NCBI GenBank assembly: GCA_020026435.1
Contig: JAHHQK010000002.1
Span: 55,518 to 119,517 of the forward strand
Origin: Alistipes sp.
GTDB lineage: Bacteria; Bacteroidota; Bacteroidia; Bacteroidales; Rikenellaceae
Length of the DNA: 64,000 bases
Direction of reading: 5' to 3'
The position numbers were made by a program, and so were the translations under genes. Below the pieces are notes generated by a model, which made no database searches, was not told where the DNA came from, and saw only the letters and a program-made list of their open reading frames with translations. This document shows, piece after piece, positions 59,132 to 64,000 of this stretch (position 1 is its first letter; the number at the start of each line of letters is the position of its first letter).

Positions 59132-60013
59132 CTATCGATTGGTTTCAGTATCCGTTTTGCCTGCATCTCGCAGTTTGTCGATGTAATGTTGTCGCCGTTG
59201 CGCATCTTTGCGCTGCATAATTTGCCCGATACGTTGTCCGTATTGTCGGTCGCATTGTTGTGTCGTATGACGCAACGAGAACAATCCGGCCCAGTTATTC
59301 GCCATACTTTGATCGACAATGGCGGACGCAAGAACGACATCATCCTCCGAGAGCCGACGAAGCATAGTGAGGCATTTTTTTGCGCCCATCTCACTCCGAT
59401 AGCTCTCATGCCGCAGTTGCTTGTATTCAAACCAGGTCGCCAGCACCGCACGCCACGGCTCATCAAGAGAATCCAGGAACTGCCCCTAATTGAATCGTTG
59501 GACTTCTCTCTTTTTGGCGCAACTTTTTCTCTCTTGCGACGTAGCCGTCAGCTTTTCTTTTTTCTTGATTTTTTCTTTTATAATATCTCTGTTTAGTTTA
59601 TATATGTGTTCATTTTGAAACGCAGTCTGCAACACAAAATCCCCATTTGTACCCTCCTGTGTTTCACATTGTATTGCAAACTGTGTTGCAGATTGTGTTG
59701 CAGAGTCCGTTTCAATTTGAAATACAGGAGGACTCTCCAATGCAATAAGCCGATAGGTACAGCAAGTATTGCCCCCGTGCGACCGAAAGGCTATACGCCC
59801 CATTTTGCGCAACCGCTCCCTCTCACGGTAGATTGTGGTGCGTGACAATCCGGTGCGAAGTTCCAAAAGAGAATAGGGAACTTTCATAGCCGGACGCCAG
59901 CCACTTCGATTGGAGATGGACATCAGAGCATGCCACAACGAAATGGCCGAGGCTGGAAGCGGATTGGCCTCCAACCAATCGTAGAAGAGTTTTATTTCCG
60001 TCAGATAGTTCAT
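59132..60013 (-). CDS. Replication initiator interrupted by an in-frame TAG at 59486-59488 (293 codons if read through)
   Basis: MNYL.EI..FY.W winged-helix start; C-part WFEYK...SY...QSMANNWAGLF; TTC AAT TAG GGG CAG links the two in frame. Confidence 0.8.
59614..59716. repeat. 12-bp iteron-like repeats, putative replication origin
   Basis: CTGTGTTTCACA/TTGTATTGCAAA/CTGTGTTGCAGA/TTGTGTTGCAGA in tandem at 59657-59704; exact inverted copy at 59626-59637. Confidence 0.7.
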
Positions 60014-60360
60014 CGCTTCAACCGGTTATACTGGCGCAGTATACGGTCGAATTCTGTGGCATTATCACCCGTCACGGATTCCACGGAAGATTCACCCGGC
60101 TCCAGGGCGTACCCCATATGTCGCATGATATCGCGCTTGCTGATACGAATGCCGTTATTACACCTCTTGCGCTCGATGTTGTACTTGATACAGTCCCTAT
60201 CAAGTTGCCGAAGGCCCTTGCCCAACATATCAGCGGCCTCCTGCCGCGTGATGTAGACATCACAGGTAGAAGAACCGTCCAGACAACGGAGTTCATTCAG
60301 GCTACTTTGCAACGACAGCAACTCCGTCTGAATCTTATTGAGGATATCAATATACTTCAT
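60010..60360 (-). CDS. HTH DNA-binding protein (excisionase-like)
   Basis: YITRQEAADMLGKGLRQLDR HTH_17-like motif. Confidence 0.7.
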   Translation of the reverse strand: MKYIDILNKIQTELLSLQSSLNELRCLDGSSTCDVYITRQEAADMLGKGLRQLDRDCIKYNIERKRCNNGIRISKRDIMRHMGYALEPGESSVESVTGDNATEFDRILRQYNRLKR

Positions 60361-60412
60361 AGCATCGCTGTTTTATTCCCGGAACAAAATTCCGAACAAT
60401 AAAAACAGAAAG

Positions 60413-60441
60413 TGCAGGGAGTCCAGGCTGAACTCCCTGCA
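60413..60441 (-). terminator. Hairpin downstream of the RteC-like gene
   Basis: TGCAGGGAGT-9nt-ACTCCCTGCA followed by a T-rich tract on the minus strand. Confidence 0.6.
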
Positions 60442-60472
60442 ATAAAGTTCTCACACCGCTGTAAATCAACAG

Positions 60473-61067
60473 CTAAATTTTAAGACTTCCAGTCAGGCAG
60501 GTCACAAGGTGCGAGATAAAGGCCGCAGGATTACGTTTGATGTTGAGAATAGTATCCCGCTCGTTATAGGCACTCGATTCTGAAATGGAAAGATGCAGTT
60601 TCTCGGCTACAGATGATACAACGCGGGCATAGGCCGCAGGTTTGCCTCGATCATCAACAATAGCCTCTGCACGGCACAATGCTGTGAGAAGTTCTAACAA
60701 ATCTCGCTTGGTGAACTTTTCCAAATTCCACCGGAACGGTGACGATTCGGGCGAGCGTACGGGAATAAATAAATCCGGAAAGGTAAGCCGCTTTTCGTTT
60801 TGGGCGATGAGCGTGTTGATGTTGGCTCGACAACGATGGATTAACGCATTGTGCGGCTCATTTTTTTTTGCGGAGAACCCGCGAAAGTTGGGATTTGAGA
60901 TCTTGCAGTTGGAAATCGATCTCGAGATAACCGGCCGTCCCAGCGACAAAATCCCGCAACTTGGCCTGAAATGCAACGAACGCAGCATCCAGCTCCGCAT
61001 AATCCATCTTCTGTGAGTCTCCGCTCACAACCGCTTGCATAAAGCGGCAATCGTGTAATTCTTGCAT
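60473..61067 (-). CDS. RteC-like regulator split by a +1 frameshift in an A9 run (60861-60869)
   Basis: ORF1 ends CGC AAA AAA AAA TGA; the +1 frame carries FRW....TKRDLLELLTAL...AI...G...KRNPAAFI. Confidence 0.6.
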
Positions 61068-61224
61068 TGGTTGTAGTTTATGAATTAGGATAAAAGAATC
61101 TTTCTACGTTTTAGAATAATATTCCGACTTTAATACATTTTGTTTATTCAGTTTATTGTACATATAATTTTTCACAATATTGATGTATAATAAACGCCCC
61201 ATACTTCTTGAATTATTTTTTTAA

Positions 61225-61232
61225 TATATTTG
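61225..61232 (+). promoter_or_regulatory. -7 element (TATATTTG) for the endonuclease gene
   Basis: TAnnTTTG in the AT-rich intergenic region. Confidence 0.5.
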
Positions 61233-61302
61233 TAAAGAGAGAATATGTCGCATATAGTTTTACGTATTTATGTAAACTATATGCTTTTGTCATTATACGA
61301 AT

Positions 61303-62700
61303 ATGGGTGAAAAAATTAACCGTTCATGGCATGAGAACTTTGTTAAATATACAAAGTCGATAGCTGACCATCCGAATTATGCCGGTTTGCATATTACTAA
61401 GGGCAAGGATGGTCGTGTAAAATGGGTCGTAACCGGGAAATCAGAAGAGGGTCAATTACGACAAACATGGTGGAATAATAAAATGCAAGAGCTAGGGGTG
61501 AAATCAATGGCAGAAGCTGCCCGAATAATTCACCCCACCAAACAACATGTGTGTCAATGTTGTGGAAAATCGCTCAGCATATATTACGAGTATCCCAATA
61601 AGCGCACATTAAAGCGTCTGCATCATATACTTGGCATTACCTTCAAACAATCTGACTATACCATAAAAGAGATTATAGAAAAACTATGTGACAATAAAAC
61701 AAAACTACTCAAAGTCGCATCATTATTTGGTATTAATCAATTTCGCAACAAAGATGATTTAATAAACCAAATATATTCTACCCATCGCAATGGCTCAACG
61801 TTGCTATCACCAGGTGTTATGAGCAATCCGCCGGACCGTTTCGATGGGTTCCACTCAGATGGATTATGTTGTAGAGAAAAAACAGATATCGGACGCCATG
61901 CCGATAATATGAGAAACTATGGTCAGGATAGGCGAGCATACGAACATTGGTCTGATGGGAATTACAATCTTGCCAATGCAATAATGACAAAATTCTCTAT
62001 TGGGAAACGTATGTATCAATGTCTCATATGCGGTAAAACAGATAAAATGAGTGCAGACCATATCGGTCCAATATCTCTTGGCTTTTGTCATAGTCAGTAT
62101 AACTTTGCACCAATGTGTAGGTCTTGCAATAGTGCAAAGAACAATAGATTTACCTTAGAGGATGTCAAAAAACTGATAGCACTTGAATCTCAAGAAATTC
62201 AAGTTATTAGTTGGCATTCTAAATATGTATGGGATGCGCTAAAGATGAAAGTATCATCAGATGAAGATGCCAAAAAGTTGAGTTCTATAATGGTTTCCTG
62301 CCATCATAATATTCTTCATTTGCTATCTATTATATACAAAGCTACCGGAGAAACGTTCTTAAGAAATTATTTACACCCTGAATACTCCTTATTCAAATAT
62401 AAGATCAAGAATTTCAACCCGTTAAATATATCCAAGTTAGAAATTGAGGAAATTTCAAGCAATAGCCGAAATAATATAAAGAACAGTCAACGTATAGTTC
62501 GAATTGCCTTTGAAACCCTAAAAGAATTTGACAAGAAAAATAATCGTCGCACACGCTTCTACACAGATACGGTGAAAGATTCTATCAATGATGTTATTAC
62601 ACTAATCAAGCAAAACAACTTTAAGGATGCAGATATATTATTAAGAAAGGCCATACAACATCTAACTTCCACAATAATCTCAAAAGAAACCGCAGAATGA
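61303..62700 (+). CDS. Type IIS restriction endonuclease, Alw26I/Eco31I/Esp3I family (HNH)
   Basis: HPNY.G, IHPTK..VCQ.CG, SPGVMSNPPDRFDGFHS, DRRAYEHWSDG, ADHIGPISLGFCH, CNSAKNNR. Confidence 0.88.
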   Translation: MGEKINRSWHENFVKYTKSIADHPNYAGLHITKGKDGRVKWVVTGKSEEGQLRQTWWNNKMQELGVKSMAEAARIIHPTKQHVCQCCGKSLSIYYEYPNKRTLKRLHHILGITFKQSDYTIKEIIEKLCDNKTKLLKVASLFGINQFRNKDDLINQIYSTHRNGSTLLSPGVMSNPPDRFDGFHSDGLCCREKTDIGRHADNMRNYGQDRRAYEHWSDGNYNLANAIMTKFSIGKRMYQCLICGKTDKMSADHIGPISLGFCHSQYNFAPMCRSCNSAKNNRFTLEDVKKLIALESQEIQVISWHSKYVWDALKMKVSSDEDAKKLSSIMVSCHHNILHLLSIIYKATGETFLRNYLHPEYSLFKYKIKNFNPLNISKLEIEEISSNSRNNIKNSQRIVRIAFETLKEFDKKNNRRTRFYTDTVKDSINDVITLIKQNNFKDADILLRKAIQHLTSTIISKETAE

Positions 62701-62719
62701 GAAAGAAAATAACGAGAAG

Positions 62720-63889
62720 TTAAACCTTCTCGTTATTTTCTTTTTGCAAATTGTAGAACTCTTCAAAAGTAATATCTCCCTGCATTAACAAATCATATGG
62801 GCTAGGCTGCCGTAGATCTAATTCAAGCTCCAACGCTCCGCCGCCATCTTCAATAACGGGTAAACTACCGATGGCCTCTTTTACCGTTACAATGTGCGGA
62901 AGAGTACGATCCTCATTACTAAATAATGCTTTTGGCTGCGCAATCGTTATGTTCTCCGTCGAACCTATTATAAATACACGTCTTCTTTTTTGAGGAACCC
63001 CAAAATCCTCCGCATTGAGTTTCAGCGGGTTATTTACAAAATATCCAATCTCCTTAAATGCCGTAACGATCTCCTTAAACGCCTCGCCTTTTCTCATTGT
63101 CAAGATGCCAGGCACATTCTCCATAATAAAGAATTTAGGCTTTATTATTTTAACAAGTGCCACAAATTCTTTGAACAGTCGATTGCGTTCATCGTTAGGA
63201 TTACGCCAACCAGCATATGAGAACCCTTGGCACGGAGGACCGCCTACAATAACATCGATTTGGTAACCATTGCAGGCATTTACTAATGCAGATTTTACAT
63301 CGTCTTTAGTTATATCGCCAAGAATAAAGTTTTGCTCTGGAGTATGTTTGCTATGATTATATTTATTCGTCAACATGATATTTTTATCAATCTCATTGGT
63401 CGCAATTAGATTGAATCCATTCATGGAGAATCCTTCAGACATACCCCCACAACCCGCAAATAAATCCACGAAGTTATATGATGTCAAGTATGGCTTTATT
63501 AACGTAGACACAAATCGAGCTAGCAGAGGGGGAACGGCATTACCAATCTGTTTATATTGAGAAGCTTTTGACCCCTGGAATATGAAACTATCAGGGAAAG
63601 ATTGAAGTCTAGCAGCCTCTCTATTTGACATTACTCTATTTTGTGATGGATGAAGATTACACCCATTACCCACTCTATTAAAATATGTCGCAATAGTATA
63701 ACTGGGTTTATCCCAACTTAAACGGCCATAATACGTTGTACGTCCACCTGTCGCCCGAATGTTTGATAGCCGAGTATCCGTAACTGACAATGGAATATCT
63801 TGCCAGTTACCGCCCTCAGGGATGTATACTGCTACTTGAGCCTCCCGTTTCCCCATTTTGAAGGCAATATGATTATAAATCTTCCTCAT
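62720..63889 (-). CDS. Circularly permuted C5 DNA methyltransferase (M2.Eco31I-like)
   Basis: Motifs IX/X (REAARLQSFPD, IGNAVPP) precede I (LFAGCGG), IV (PPCQGFS), VI (ENV) and VIII (QKRRR). Confidence 0.9.
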   Translation of the reverse strand: MRKIYNHIAFKMGKREAQVAVYIPEGGNWQDIPLSVTDTRLSNIRATGGRTTYYGRLSWDKPSYTIATYFNRVGNGCNLHPSQNRVMSNREAARLQSFPDSFIFQGSKASQYKQIGNAVPPLLARFVSTLIKPYLTSYNFVDLFAGCGGMSEGFSMNGFNLIATNEIDKNIMLTNKYNHSKHTPEQNFILGDITKDDVKSALVNACNGYQIDVIVGGPPCQGFSYAGWRNPNDERNRLFKEFVALVKIIKPKFFIMENVPGILTMRKGEAFKEIVTAFKEIGYFVNNPLKLNAEDFGVPQKRRRVFIIGSTENITIAQPKALFSNEDRTLPHIVTVKEAIGSLPVIEDGGGALELELDLRQPSPYDLLMQGDITFEEFYNLQKENNEKV

Positions 63890-64000
63890 TTATGAAATGT
63901 ATTCTAATTCTTCTTTCGACAATCCATACAGACCGCCAATGTAGCAATTTAATTCTTTTTCATCTTTGAACGAACCTTCAACATCTATTAACGATAAATC
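63890..64000 (-). CDS. 3' end of a probable N6-adenine methyltransferase (M1 of the R-M system), partial
   Basis: ...LYGLSKEELEYIS-TAA, a typical TaqI-like MTase C-terminus; the TAA abuts the next ATG in frame. Confidence 0.6.
   Translation of the reverse strand, partial: DLSLIDVEGSFKDEKELNCYIGGLYGLSKEELEYIS

Larger units (their letters stand above)
33484..64000. mobile_element. HK97-type siphovirus prophage integrated at the tRNA-Ser 3' end; right end not in window
   Basis: Integrase next to the tRNA, visible drop in GC, complete head/tail/lysis/packaging/replication modules; whether the R-M cassette after 61.1 kb belongs to it is uncertain. Confidence 0.9.

Noticed and set aside
33484..61067. 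Genome-wide TAG-to-Gln recoding (genetic code 15)
   Set aside because: Only three internal TAGs in ~27 kb; several genes end in TAG (readthrough at 47394 would fuse the spanin candidate to Dam); no suppressor tRNA in the window. Only a context-limited version is kept as a hypothesis.

Overview
Bacteroidota DNA; the high GC content, TAnnTTTG promoters and SusC/D genes suggest Alistipes/Rikenellaceae. Bases 1-33.4 kb are intact host chromosome: pfkA, a PfkB kinase, a GT2, dsbD, then a ~24 kb polysaccharide-utilisation locus. That locus has SusC/SusD, three DUF4855-like paralogues (one fused to a glycerophosphodiester phosphodiesterase), three SGNH esterases, an FAD oxidoreductase, an N-acylglucosamine 2-epimerase, a sugar porter and a DUF4434-like protein. 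An outer-membrane barrel/lipoprotein pair and tRNA-Ser(CGA) follow. From the tRNA 3' end onward is an HK97-type siphovirus prophage (integrase, tail, lysis, methylases, head, terminase, cos, replication), followed by a low-GC Alw26I/Eco31I/Esp3I-like restriction-modification cassette; the right boundary is not visible. The most unusual signal is a set of reading-frame interruptions confined to the prophage. Three in-frame TAG codons share the context T-TAG-G-R (replication initiator, tape measure, tail fibre). The tail chaperone G/T pair is joined by an in-frame TGA instead of a -1 frameshift. A self-contained 34-codon toxin-like peptide gene carries two in-frame TGA codons at Trp-like positions. 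Single-base frameshifts interrupt the integrase, terS and an RteC-like gene. Also notable are a dual-frame C5 methyltransferase and a duplicated late-promoter motif. Prophage decay remains the simplest explanation for several lesions and cannot be excluded from sequence alone. Family names are from motif recognition; no database searches were run.
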